Notes under the pieces: generated by a model | The model's database searches: none | Told to the model about the DNA's origin: nothing | Seen by the model: only the letters and a program-made list of their open reading frames with translations | DNA from: Acidobacteriota bacterium | Lineage (GTDB): Bacteria > Acidobacteriota > UBA6911 > RPQK01 | NCBI GenBank assembly: GCA_003819755.1 | Contig: RPQK01000002.1 | Location: 1 to 36,387, forward strand | DNA length: 36,387 nt | Direction: 5' to 3' | Part shown: piece by piece, positions 1 to 8,421 of the stretch | Layout: the number at the start of each line of letters is the position of its first letter | How positions within the stretch are numbered: position 1 is the first letter of the stretch | Program-made: the position numbers and the translations under genes

Positions 1-90
1 GACTTCTGACTTCTGACTTCTGACTTCTGACTTCTGACTTCTGACTTCTGACTTCTGACTTCTGACTTCTGACTTCTGACTCCGACTTCT
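1..90. repeat. Tandem heptamer array (GACTTCT)n, about 13 units, running off the left window edge
   Basis: Positions 1-77 are 11 perfect GACTTCT units, followed by GACTCC and GACTTCT. The array touches the TAG stop (89-91) of minus-strand sdhB. Confidence 0.95.
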
Positions 91-853
91 ATTTGAGAAG
101 CCCTCGTAGATACTCCCTCCGCATCTTCGCAATAACTTTGATCGGGATATCTTTCGGGCAGACGGCTTCGCACTCGCCGTGGTTTGAGCAGTTGCCGAAC
201 CCTTCCAAGTCCATCTGTCTGATCATCCGCAATGCACGGATCCGCCGTTCCGGTTCGCCCTGTGGGAGACTCGCGAGGTGAGTAATCTTGGCGCCGGTGA
301 ACAGCGCCGCGGAACCATTCGGGCACGCGGCGACGCACGCGCCGCACTGGATACAGGCGGCGGCGTCCATCGCCTCCTCGACCTGCGGCTTGGAGATTGG
401 AAGGGAATTGGCGTCGGGCGCGCCGCCCGTATCGACTGAGATGAAACCGCCGGCCGCGATGATGCGATCTAGAGCGCTCCGGTCAACCACCAGGTCTTTG
501 ATCACCGGGAAGGCCCGCGCCCGCCATGGCTCGATGGTGATTCGGTCACCGTCCTTGAAGTGGCGCATGTGCAGCTGGCAGACCGTCGTCCCGTCCTGAT
601 GCCCGTGGGCGGAGCCGTTAATGACCATGCCGCACATACCGCAGATGCCTTCGCGGCAATCGTTGTCGAACTCGATCGGCAATTCATCTTTTTTTATCAG
701 ATCTTCATTTAGAACGTCGAGCATCTCGAGGAACGACATGTTGGGGGAGACGTCGAGCAGCTTGTAGTCGACGAATTTCCCCTCGACATTCGGCCCCGCT
801 TGCCGCCAAATCTTCAGATAGAGCGTCATTCCCTGGTGTTTTCCCTGGTCCAT
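89..853 (-). CDS. sdhB: Succinate dehydrogenase/fumarate reductase iron-sulfur subunit
   Basis: 254-aa ORF with three Cys clusters typical of SdhB/FrdB: CREGICGMCG, CIQCGACVAACP, CSNHGECEAVCP. It lies directly downstream of the flavoprotein gene. Confidence 0.95.
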   Translation of the reverse strand: MDQGKHQGMTLYLKIWRQAGPNVEGKFVDYKLLDVSPNMSFLEMLDVLNEDLIKKDELPIEFDNDCREGICGMCGMVINGSAHGHQDGTTVCQLHMRHFKDGDRITIEPWRARAFPVIKDLVVDRSALDRIIAAGGFISVDTGGAPDANSLPISKPQVEEAMDAAACIQCGACVAACPNGSAALFTGAKITHLASLPQGEPERRIRALRMIRQMDLEGFGNCSNHGECEAVCPKDIPIKVIAKMRREYLRGLLK

Positions 854-863
854 TCTTCACCCG

Positions 864-2789
864 TTACTTATAGGTCCGTTGCGTAGGCGCGACGTACTCG
901 AAATTGAGCGGTTCCTTATGGAGAAGAGGTTCGCCCTTCCCGCCCGTATACTCCCAGGCAGCCACGTATGAGAAGTTCGCGTCGTCGCGTTTAGCTTCTC
1001 CCTCCGGCGTTTGCGAATCTTCCCGGAAATGACCGCCGCACGACTCCTTGCGATGTAAGGCGTCGAGCGCCGTCAATTCACCCAACTCGGTGTAGTCGGC
1101 AATTCGGCTGGCCATCTCCAGGTTTTTGTTGAGCATGTCATTGCTCCCCGGCACTTTCAGATCCTGCCATAACTCCTCCCGAACACGGCGGAGCTCCTGT
1201 ATCGCGTGCTTGAGGCCAGCCTCGTTCCGGGCCATCCCCACGTAGTTCCACATGATCTGCCCGACCTCCCGGTGAAACTCCCTGGGAGTTCTGCGGCCCT
1301 TGATCGAGAGAAGCGTTTCCAACCGCGCTCGAGCTTGATCGGCGCATTGTTTGAATTCCTCGGCGTCCTCTGAGGTGGGACGAAAGGACGAGGTGGCGAT
1401 GTAATCTCCGAGGGTGTACGGGATGATGAAATAGCCGTCCGCGAGTCCCTGCATCAAGGCGCTCGCGCCCAGGCGGTTGGCACCGTGATCCGAGAAATTC
1501 GCTTCACCGAGAATAAAGAGCCCGGGAATGGTGCTCATCAGGTCGTAGTCGACCCACAATCCGCCCATCGTGTAATGGACGGCGGGATAGATCCTCATGG
1601 GCGTGCGGTACGGATCTTCGCCCGTGATCCGGTCGTACATGTCGAAGAGGTTTCCATACTTCTCGCGAATATAGTCGACCCCTTCGCGCTTGATCGTGTC
1701 CTCGAAATCCAGGAAGACAGCGAGTCCGGACTCGCCCACGCCCCGTTCCTCGTCGCATACCTCCTTGGCGCTGCGGGAAGCGATGTCACGCGGAACAAGA
1801 TTCCCGAAGCTCGGATACTTGCGCTCGAGATAGTAGTCCCGTTCGCCCTCCGGGATCTGGCTGGGCGGGCGCGGATCTCCTTTCTTCCTGGGCACCCACA
1901 CCCGGCCGTCGTTACGCAAGCTTTCGCTCATGAGGGTCAGTTTGGACTGGTGTTCACCAGAAACCGGGATACAGGTGGGGTGGATCTGTGTAAAACATGG
2001 ATTCGCAAAAAACGCGCCGCGCTTGTAGCACCGCCAGATCGCCGAGGCGTTGGAGTTCACGGCGTTCGTGGAGAGGTAATAGGCGTTACCGTAGCCGCCG
2101 GTCGCAAGCACGACCGCGTGGCCGACATGGCGCTCGATTTCGCCAGTCAGAAGGTCGCGAACCACGATACCGCGAGCCTTTCCATCAACCAGCACGAGGT
2201 CCAGCATTTCGCGGCGGGGCAAGCAGACGATCTTCCCCTTGTCCACCTGGCGCATCATCGCCTGGTAGGCCCCTAGAAGCAGTTGCTGACCAGTTTGGCC
2301 CCTGGCGTAGAAGGTCCGTGCCACCTGGGTCCCACCGAATGACCTGGTCTCCAGCAACCCGCCGTACTCCCGCGCGAACGGGACCCCCTGGGCGACGCAC
2401 TGATCGATGATGTTGACGCTTACCTGTGCCAGCCGGTAGATATTGGCTTCGCGGCCCCGGTAGTCTCCGCCCTTGACGGTGTCATAAAAGAGCCGCCAGA
2501 TACTGTCGCCGTCATTGGCGTAGTTTTTGGCGGCATTGATGCCTCCCTGAGCCGCGATGCTATGGGCACGGCGAGGTGAGTCCTGAATGCAGAAGGCCAG
2601 GACTTCGTAACCGAGCTCGGCCAAGCTCGCCGCAGCGGAAGCGCCGGCCAGCCCGGTTCCAACCACGATGATCTTGAATTTGCGCTTGTTGGACGGGTTC
2701 ACCAACTTCACTTCGAAACGCCGCTTCTCCCACTTCTCCTGCACGGGACCGCCGGGAATCCTCGCATTCAAGTTTCCATTGCTGCTCAT
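864..2789 (-). CDS. sdhA: Succinate dehydrogenase/fumarate reductase flavoprotein subunit
   Basis: 641-aa ORF with an N-terminal FAD dinucleotide fold ([19 protein letters not shown]) and the covalent-FAD His context [14 protein letters not shown]. Sits between the cytochrome b and Fe-S subunit genes. Confidence 0.95.
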   Translation of the reverse strand: MSSNGNLNARIPGGPVQEKWEKRRFEVKLVNPSNKRKFKIIVVGTGLAGASAAASLAELGYEVLAFCIQDSPRRAHSIAAQGGINAAKNYANDGDSIWRLFYDTVKGGDYRGREANIYRLAQVSVNIIDQCVAQGVPFAREYGGLLETRSFGGTQVARTFYARGQTGQQLLLGAYQAMMRQVDKGKIVCLPRREMLDLVLVDGKARGIVVRDLLTGEIERHVGHAVVLATGGYGNAYYLSTNAVNSNASAIWRCYKRGAFFANPCFTQIHPTCIPVSGEHQSKLTLMSESLRNDGRVWVPRKKGDPRPPSQIPEGERDYYLERKYPSFGNLVPRDIASRSAKEVCDEERGVGESGLAVFLDFEDTIKREGVDYIREKYGNLFDMYDRITGEDPYRTPMRIYPAVHYTMGGLWVDYDLMSTIPGLFILGEANFSDHGANRLGASALMQGLADGYFIIPYTLGDYIATSSFRPTSEDAEEFKQCADQARARLETLLSIKGRRTPREFHREVGQIMWNYVGMARNEAGLKHAIQELRRVREELWQDLKVPGSNDMLNKNLEMASRIADYTELGELTALDALHRKESCGGHFREDSQTPEGEAKRDDANFSYVAAWEYTGGKGEPLLHKEPLNFEYVAPTQRTYK

Positions 2790-3484
2790 AAAGGTGCTCC
2801 GGTGAGGTAGACCCAGATCGGTATGAAAACGAAGCCGACCGCGAGAGTAAGACCAACCAGCACTCCGAGGCCGTAGGCGACGGGCGTCAACCGGGGATGG
2901 TAAAGCCCGAGAGACTGGAAGGCGCTCCAGAAGCCATGGCGCAGGTGAAAGCCGAGGAGCACCATCACGACAACGTACCAGACCACGTAATACGTGTTGC
3001 TGAACGTCTCGATGACAAGTCGTCGCATGTCTCGCACCTGGTCCCCATCCAGGGTCACCACGTAGCCCTGCTGAATGTTTGGTCCATACTTGAACGTGTA
3101 GACATGCAGGGGAATAAATACGAGCAGAACGAGCCCTGTCCAGATCATGGTGCTGGAGGAGATGGTCTTCTTGCTCGGTTTTCCGCGGGTCTTATACACC
3201 GCATAGCCCTTGGATCTTGCCTGCCAATTATCGAACGTCACCAGGATGGCCGAGAAAATATGAACCAGAAGGCCGATCAACAGGACGATCTCGGCGGCGA
3301 TCAGAGGAAAACCGAGTCCGACAAGAGTATGGGAGTATCGGTTGAAAGCGTCGTGATCGGCGGAAAGCAAAAGCAAGTTCCCAATCAGGTGAGCGATCAC
3401 AAACACCGTCCAACCGAGGCCGGTGAGGGCCATGAAGTACTTCATGGCGACAGTCGACCCAAACGGTGAGGAGCGTAACGACAT
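2786..3484 (-). CDS. sdhC: Succinate dehydrogenase cytochrome b subunit (b558-type, single membrane anchor)
   Basis: 232-aa polytopic membrane ORF with conserved His in the helices ([23 protein letters not shown]). Its stop overlaps the sdhA start. The order C-A-B matches the Bacillus-type operon. Confidence 0.85.
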   Translation of the reverse strand: MSLRSSPFGSTVAMKYFMALTGLGWTVFVIAHLIGNLLLLSADHDAFNRYSHTLVGLGFPLIAAEIVLLIGLLVHIFSAILVTFDNWQARSKGYAVYKTRGKPSKKTISSSTMIWTGLVLLVFIPLHVYTFKYGPNIQQGYVVTLDGDQVRDMRRLVIETFSNTYYVVWYVVVMVLLGFHLRHGFWSAFQSLGLYHPRLTPVAYGLGVLVGLTLAVGFVFIPIWVYLTGAPL

Positions 3485-3521
3485 ATCTGGCTTCTCCCTG
3501 GTGGCGCATCCATAGCCTGCC

Positions 3522-3649
3522 GAGCCGCAAGCGCAGCGCTTTTTTGCGGAGCGCGCCGGATACGAAGCTAAGCACCGGGACTGGCCGCATTTGTGCCTTT
3601 GAACCTCGTACCCGACGCCCTCCGCAAAAAAGCGCTGCGCTTGCGGCTC
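3522..3649. repeat. Perfect 30-bp inverted repeat with a 68-nt spacer in the sdhC / DUF5916 divergent intergenic region
   Basis: 3522-3551 GAGCCGCAAGCGCAGCGCTTTTTTGCGGAG is the exact reverse complement of 3620-3649. The left arm starts 38 nt upstream of the sdhC start codon. Confidence 0.95.
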
Positions 3650-3815
3650 TGCAGACGAATCGTGCGTCTACTAAGGGTTAAAGATAGACCGTGGCTCCCG
3701 TTAGAGTCAAATGAGGCGGGGGGCAGAGGAGAGGCGCACAGTGGGTTCCTTAAACCAAGCGAATCGCTACTGTGGTTTCAGGTTGTGGGGCTTCTGTTGC
3801 ACCGGCGCGTGACCC

Positions 3816-3821
3816 TATAAT
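3816..3821 (+). promoter_or_regulatory. Candidate -10 box (TATAAT) upstream of the DUF5916 gene
   Basis: Perfect TATAAT 44 nt upstream of the ATG at 3865. No convincing -35 at 17-nt spacing (TTGCAC lies only 13 nt upstream). Confidence 0.25.
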
Positions 3822-3864
3822 TCGTTTTGGGCCCCCATGGCGCCTGCTTAATGACCCATTCAGG

Positions 3865-6042
3865 ATGCCGATGCTTGCTCGAATTCTAGCGCTCTTAACG
3901 CTTCTTACACTCTGTGCTTCGCTACGAGCAGCAGCTCCGGATTCGCCCACCGTTATCGCAAAAGTCACGCCGGACAAGGTGCAGTTGGACGGCCATCTGG
4001 ATGAGCCGGCTTGGCGATCAGTCACTCCGGAAGCAATACTCGTCCAGCAATCGCCGGAACCGGGGCAGCCGACCCCTTATGACACGCGAGTTACGGTCCT
4101 CATAACCGGCGACACTCTCTACTTCGGCTTTGACTGCAAGGATCCCGATCCGCGTGGCATTGCCATCCATACCATGCAGCGGGATGGCTTCATGATGGGG
4201 GACGATAATGTAACGATTGCGCTCGACAGCTATGGCGATCGGAGAACCGGTTATTTCTTCCAGATCAACGCGGCCGGGGCGCGCGTCGACGGGCTGATCG
4301 CTGATCCCGAAAATGCCTCCCTTGATTGGGACGGAGTATGGGATGCCCGAACCGCGAAAACCGTGGACGGCTGGACGGCTGAAATCGAGATCCCTTCACG
4401 CAGCCTAAACTTCACGCCCGGTCTTCAACGCTGGGGATTGAACCTTGAGCGATTCGTCGCACGAAAAAGGGTAACGCTCCGATGGAGCTCGCCGACCCTC
4501 GACTCTTTTATCACAGACTTGAGCCGAGCCGGGAACTTGAAAGGGGTTGCCAGCCTGGAGCAGGGCCGCGGCCTGGAAGTCGCCCCCTACGCGATAGGGA
4601 AAATGAGCGGCGAATTCCGAGGCAGTGATCGAGTCTGGCAGGGCACAGAAGGCCTTGATTTCACTTGGCGCATAACGCCCCAGCTGGCCTCTGTTTTTAC
4701 GATCAACACGGACTTCGCCGAAACCGAAGTGGATGCCCGGCAGATCAACCTGACCCGTTTCCCCTTGTTTTTTCCCGAGAAGCGGGCCTTTTTTCTGGAA
4801 GGCGCGAACCAGTTTGAATTCGGGCTCTCCCTCGGAGAAACCTTTATTCCCTTCTTCAGTCGCCGCGTCGGCCTGCTCGAAGGCCAGCAGGTCCCGCTTG
4901 GCGGAGGCCTGAAGCTCAACGGCCGGATGGGCAAATGGAACCTGGCCGTGCTCGACGTCCAGACTCGAGACACGCCCCTGGCGCCGGGCACGAATCTCTT
5001 TGCCGGACGCGCCTCTTACGACGTCAACTCCCAACTGCGTGTGGGAAGCATCGTTACCCATGGCGACCCGAACGGCTTGGACCAGAATACTCTGACCGGC
5101 GTAGACGCGGTCTGGCGGACGTCGGAATTCAGGGGCAATAAGAACCTTCAAATTGGGGCTTTCGCCGCCATGGCCTCCGGAGACGTTCCCGACGGAGATC
5201 GCGGCGGCTGGGGCTTCAAGGTGGACTATCCGAATGATTTCCTTGATTGCTTCACCATCATGAATCGGTTCGGCGAAGCGCTCGATCCTGCCCTGGGTTT
5301 CCTTCCCCGCCCGGGTACCCGCCAGTACCGCGGCGGGTGTTCAATCAAGCCCCGGCCGCGCAAGGACAGCCGTTTCGGGTGGATACGCCAGGCTTATTTC
5401 CGGAGCTACTACACGAGATTCACTAACCTTGACGGAGTCAACGAGTCGTGGGAGTACACCCTGACTCCAGTGGAATTTCAGCTGGAATCCGGCGAGACCT
5501 TTTCACTCACCTATTCGCCTCAGTATGAATTCCTGCCCGAGCCCTTCGAGATCAGTGACGGCGTGACTCTTCCGTTGGGAGGGTACCGCTTCAACCGTGT
5601 TCAGATTGAGGCAGAGACTAGCGAGCACCGCCCGTGGCAGATCGAAACCGAGATTGGACTGGGCAGTTTCTACAACGGGCATCTGACCCAATGGGCCAGC
5701 CAACTGAGCTGGACGTCGAACGAGGGTCGTTGGCAGTTTCGTCTTGAAGTGGAGAACAACTTTGCTACGTTGGCGCAGGGCAACTTCGTTCAGCGATTGT
5801 GGCAGCCGCAGATCGCTTTTGCCTGGAACCCGAACATCGTGCTCACCAGTTTTGTCCAGTACGACACCGAATCCCAGAACCTCGGCACTAACACGCGACT
5901 ACGCTGGACCTTCAGCCCCGGCAGGGATTTGTTTGTCGTCTGGAATCGCGGCTGGCAACGCTTGCTGCCCTCACGGGACCTTTCTCTGCTGCCCGAGAAC
6001 GAGATGCTGGCGATCAAGCTGCGGTGGACGTTCAGGATGTAA
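3865..6042 (+). CDS. Secreted CBM9-like / DUF5916-family protein (putative outer-membrane protein)
   Basis: The ATG at 3865 gives a signal peptide, MPMLARILALLTLLTLCASLRAAA. The N-terminal region (VQLDGHLDEPAWRSV...TLYFGFDCKDPDP...DDNVTIALDSYGDRRTGYFFQINAAG) matches the CBM9-like module that heads DUF5916 proteins. The rest is beta-rich. The upstream GTG extension at 3772 was not used. Confidence 0.75.
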   Translation: MPMLARILALLTLLTLCASLRAAAPDSPTVIAKVTPDKVQLDGHLDEPAWRSVTPEAILVQQSPEPGQPTPYDTRVTVLITGDTLYFGFDCKDPDPRGIAIHTMQRDGFMMGDDNVTIALDSYGDRRTGYFFQINAAGARVDGLIADPENASLDWDGVWDARTAKTVDGWTAEIEIPSRSLNFTPGLQRWGLNLERFVARKRVTLRWSSPTLDSFITDLSRAGNLKGVASLEQGRGLEVAPYAIGKMSGEFRGSDRVWQGTEGLDFTWRITPQLASVFTINTDFAETEVDARQINLTRFPLFFPEKRAFFLEGANQFEFGLSLGETFIPFFSRRVGLLEGQQVPLGGGLKLNGRMGKWNLAVLDVQTRDTPLAPGTNLFAGRASYDVNSQLRVGSIVTHGDPNGLDQNTLTGVDAVWRTSEFRGNKNLQIGAFAAMASGDVPDGDRGGWGFKVDYPNDFLDCFTIMNRFGEALDPALGFLPRPGTRQYRGGCSIKPRPRKDSRFGWIRQAYFRSYYTRFTNLDGVNESWEYTLTPVEFQLESGETFSLTYSPQYEFLPEPFEISDGVTLPLGGYRFNRVQIEAETSEHRPWQIETEIGLGSFYNGHLTQWASQLSWTSNEGRWQFRLEVENNFATLAQGNFVQRLWQPQIAFAWNPNIVLTSFVQYDTESQNLGTNTRLRWTFSPGRDLFVVWNRGWQRLLPSRDLSLLPENEMLAIKLRWTFRM

Positions 6043-6055
6043 AGATGGGATAGAA

Positions 6056-6139
6056 AAAGGACCTCAACGACCCCAAGGACCCCAAGGACAGAGCAAAGCC
6101 AGCTCTGTCCTTGGGGTCCTTGAGTCCTTGAGGTCCTTT
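6056..6139. repeat. Hairpin built from 8-9 nt tandem units (GACCCCAAG / CTTGGGGTC)
   Basis: The left arm 6056-6094 (AAAGGACCTCAACGACCCCAAGGACCCCAAGGACAGAGC) pairs with the right arm 6102-6139 except for a short internal mismatch. It starts 14 nt after the DUF5916 stop and ends 7 nt before the next ATG. Confidence 0.9.
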
Positions 6140-6146
6140 CTCAAGT

Positions 6147-6920
6147 ATGATGTGTAGAAACATGCGATACCCAATCGTCACGCTCCTTCTGATTCTGCTT
6201 GGTGCCACCAGCGCGCCTTTCGGACAACCCAGCCAGAAGGAAGCACGGGAAATCATCGATAAAGTAGACCGCCTGCTGCGGGGGGATTCGTCATTGGGAT
6301 GGGTGGAGATGACCGTGGCCACCCGGCAATGGAAGCGGACAACCGAGCTCAGGATTTGGTCCGAAGGCACCGAGAAGGTGCTCGTCCGCGTGGAGGCGCC
6401 GAAGAAAGACCAGGGCACGGCAACCTTACGCGTCGGCGACAACATCTGGAACTACCTCCCCAAGATCGATCGGGTGATCAGAATTCCCACCTCGATGATG
6501 ATGGCCTCCTGGATGGGATCACATTTCACCAACGATGATCTCGTTAAGGACAGCCGGCTCATTCGCGACTACGACATCAAGATCGATTTCGAGGGAACCA
6601 GGGATCGCGTCGAGGTATATGAATTCTTCCTCACTCCGCGGCCCGAGGCTCCGGTGGTCTGGGGACGAATCATCTACCAAATCCGCAAGTCCGATCTGAT
6701 GCCGATCTCGGGGAAGTTCTACGGAGAAGACGGCCAACTGAAACGGGTTGCGAACTTCTCCGAGTACGAGACCATGGACGGCCGCCTCGTCCCGACCCGG
6801 ATGCGAATGTCCCCCGAGGACAAACCCGGTGAGTACACCGAGATGAAGTACAAGGAACTTGATTTTGACGTGAAGATCCCGGAAAAAGTGTTCTCCCTGA
6901 ACTCGCTGAGAGGATCATGA
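6147..6920 (+). CDS. LolA-like outer membrane lipoprotein-sorting family protein (periplasmic)
   Basis: 257-aa ORF with a signal peptide (RYPIVTLLLILLGATSAPFG). The sequence pattern (WVEMTVATRQW...LRVGDNIWNYLPKIDRVIRI...SWMGSHFTNDDL) resembles the LolA_like family often annotated next to FtsX-type ABC permeases. Its stop overlaps the next start. Confidence 0.7.
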   Translation: MMCRNMRYPIVTLLLILLGATSAPFGQPSQKEAREIIDKVDRLLRGDSSLGWVEMTVATRQWKRTTELRIWSEGTEKVLVRVEAPKKDQGTATLRVGDNIWNYLPKIDRVIRIPTSMMMASWMGSHFTNDDLVKDSRLIRDYDIKIDFEGTRDRVEVYEFFLTPRPEAPVVWGRIIYQIRKSDLMPISGKFYGEDGQLKRVANFSEYETMDGRLVPTRMRMSPEDKPGEYTEMKYKELDFDVKIPEKVFSLNSLRGS

Positions 6921-8164
6921 TCGTTGTCCGGCTGGGGTGGAGAAATCTCTGGAGAAACTCGCGGCGCAGCCTGATCACCATAGCCGGCATCGCCTTCGCC
7001 TTTGCTTTCCTGATCGCGATGATTGGCCTCGCCCGCGGCCTGGTCGTCCAACTGCTGCGCAACGGCACCGAACTGATGGTTGGGCATATCCAGATCCACG
7101 ATCGGGACTACCTGCCCGACCGCGACATTTACGAGACGGTCGGCAACCTGGAAGGGCACGACTGGCCGCGACTGCTCGAGCGGCTGGAACGACATCCGCA
7201 GATCCTCGCCGTTTCGCCCCGGGTTTTTGGGTTCGGACTCCTGTCGACCGGGGAACAGTCGGCCGGGGCCCAGATTATTGGAGTCGATCCCAGGCATGAG
7301 GCTGAAGTAAGCCGGCTCGTCGATGCCAATGCCTTGGCCAAGCTCAGGCCAGGATCCCTGCTACTCGGCGTTACACTGGCCCAGGAACTGAATGCCAGCG
7401 AAGGCGACGAAGTCGCAGCCGTAACGCAAGCTGCGGACGGGACTCTGGGCAACGAGTTGTTTAAGGTCGCCGGGATTGTGCGGACCGGACTCGCTTACCT
7501 GGACCGTTCGGTCGCCTTTTCCAGGATAGACGATCTCCAGCTACTGCTCGCCCTTGAGCCGAGCCGGATCCATGAAATTGCGATTCGCATTCAGGACCCG
7601 CTTGGCGCGGCGGAGGTCGGCCGGCAAATAAGCCAGATGCAGGGCCTGCCGACCGGCATTGTTGTCCAGACCTGGCGAGACCTGTTGCCGCAGCTGAGCG
7701 AGTACCTGGAGCTGGCGGGCGGGGCCAATGCCTTCATCATCGGCCTGGTCGTCATTTTCGCGGCTTTCGGCGTTCTGAATACGATGATGATGGCGACGTT
7801 CGAGAGAATTCGGGAAATCGGGATGCTGAACAGTTTCGGTATGCGACCGGCCCTCATCACGCTCACGATCATGCTGGAGGCCCTGTTCCTCGCACTTCTT
7901 GGGCTGGCCGCCGGTTTCGGGGTCGGAGCCGTAATGATGCACTATTTCTCGGTCTACGGACTCGACCTGACTCGCTGGACCGGCCAGCTGACGATGGTCC
8001 AAGCCCGGGTCGACCCGGTGCTGAAGGCCGCCTGGAACTGGAACGCGGTCATAGGTGCGGCCATCAGCCTTTGCGTGGCCACCCTGATTGCGGCATATTT
8101 GCCGGCTCGAAGAGCCGTGCGGGTTGATCCGGTCGAAGCCCTGCGAGCACCGGTGCTGCAGTAA
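6917..8164 (+). CDS. ABC transporter permease, FtsX/MacB-type (LolC/E-like size)
   Basis: 415 aa. Has the N-terminal RNLWRNSRRSLITIAGIAFAF TM1, a large periplasmic domain and three C-terminal TM helices ending in YLPARRAVRVDPVEALR, an FtsX-family signature. Confidence 0.9.
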   Translation: MIVVRLGWRNLWRNSRRSLITIAGIAFAFAFLIAMIGLARGLVVQLLRNGTELMVGHIQIHDRDYLPDRDIYETVGNLEGHDWPRLLERLERHPQILAVSPRVFGFGLLSTGEQSAGAQIIGVDPRHEAEVSRLVDANALAKLRPGSLLLGVTLAQELNASEGDEVAAVTQAADGTLGNELFKVAGIVRTGLAYLDRSVAFSRIDDLQLLLALEPSRIHEIAIRIQDPLGAAEVGRQISQMQGLPTGIVVQTWRDLLPQLSEYLELAGGANAFIIGLVVIFAAFGVLNTMMMATFERIREIGMLNSFGMRPALITLTIMLEALFLALLGLAAGFGVGAVMMHYFSVYGLDLTRWTGQLTMVQARVDPVLKAAWNWNAVIGAAISLCVATLIAAYLPARRAVRVDPVEALRAPVLQ

Positions 8165-8176
8165 GCCGGCCGCAGG

Positions 8177-8413
8177 CCGACAGCTGACGGCCGACAGGCT
8201 GACAGGCTGACAAACTGACAAACTGACAGACTGACAGACTGACAAACTCACAGACTGACAGCTTGACAGAATCACGATCGTTTGGTCAGTCTGGTCAGCC
8301 TGGCAGAGTTTGTCAGCCTGTCAGCCTGTCAGCCTGTCAGTTTGTCAGCCTGTCAGCCCTGTCAGTCTGTCAGTTTGTCAGTTTGTCAGTCTGTCAGTTT
8401 GTCAGTCTGTCAG
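8177..8413. repeat. Two opposed octamer tandem arrays (CTGACAGN x about 12, then NCTGTCAG x about 16) forming a very long snap-back structure
   Basis: The left arm 8177-8270 and right arm 8283-8413 are complementary unit for unit. The central spacer is ATCACGATCGTT. It fills the whole gap between the two permease genes. Confidence 0.95.
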
Positions 8414-8421
8414 TTCGTAAC

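Noticed and set aside
1485-2276. 263-aa plus-strand ORF, and many other ORFs of 60-250 aa antisense to sdhA, the DUF5916 gene, the permeases, the ADOP gene and the BNR gene
   Set aside because: These are shadow ORFs typical of GC-rich DNA. They are Arg/Pro/Gly-rich with no motifs and are fully contained in well-supported genes on the other strand.
3772-3864. GTG-started extension of the DUF5916 ORF
   Set aside because: The signal peptide begins at the ATG at 3865. The candidate -10 box lies inside the extension.
8177-8413. Possible CRISPR array
   Set aside because: The 8-nt units are contiguous with no spacers, and the two halves are reverse complements of each other. No cas genes are present.
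8263-8421. 53-codon N-terminal extension of the second permease ORF (…CQFVSLSVCQFVSLSV…)
   Set aside because: It is the octamer array read in frame. The ATG at 8422 gives an N-terminus parallel to the first permease (AWRNLWRN.RR).
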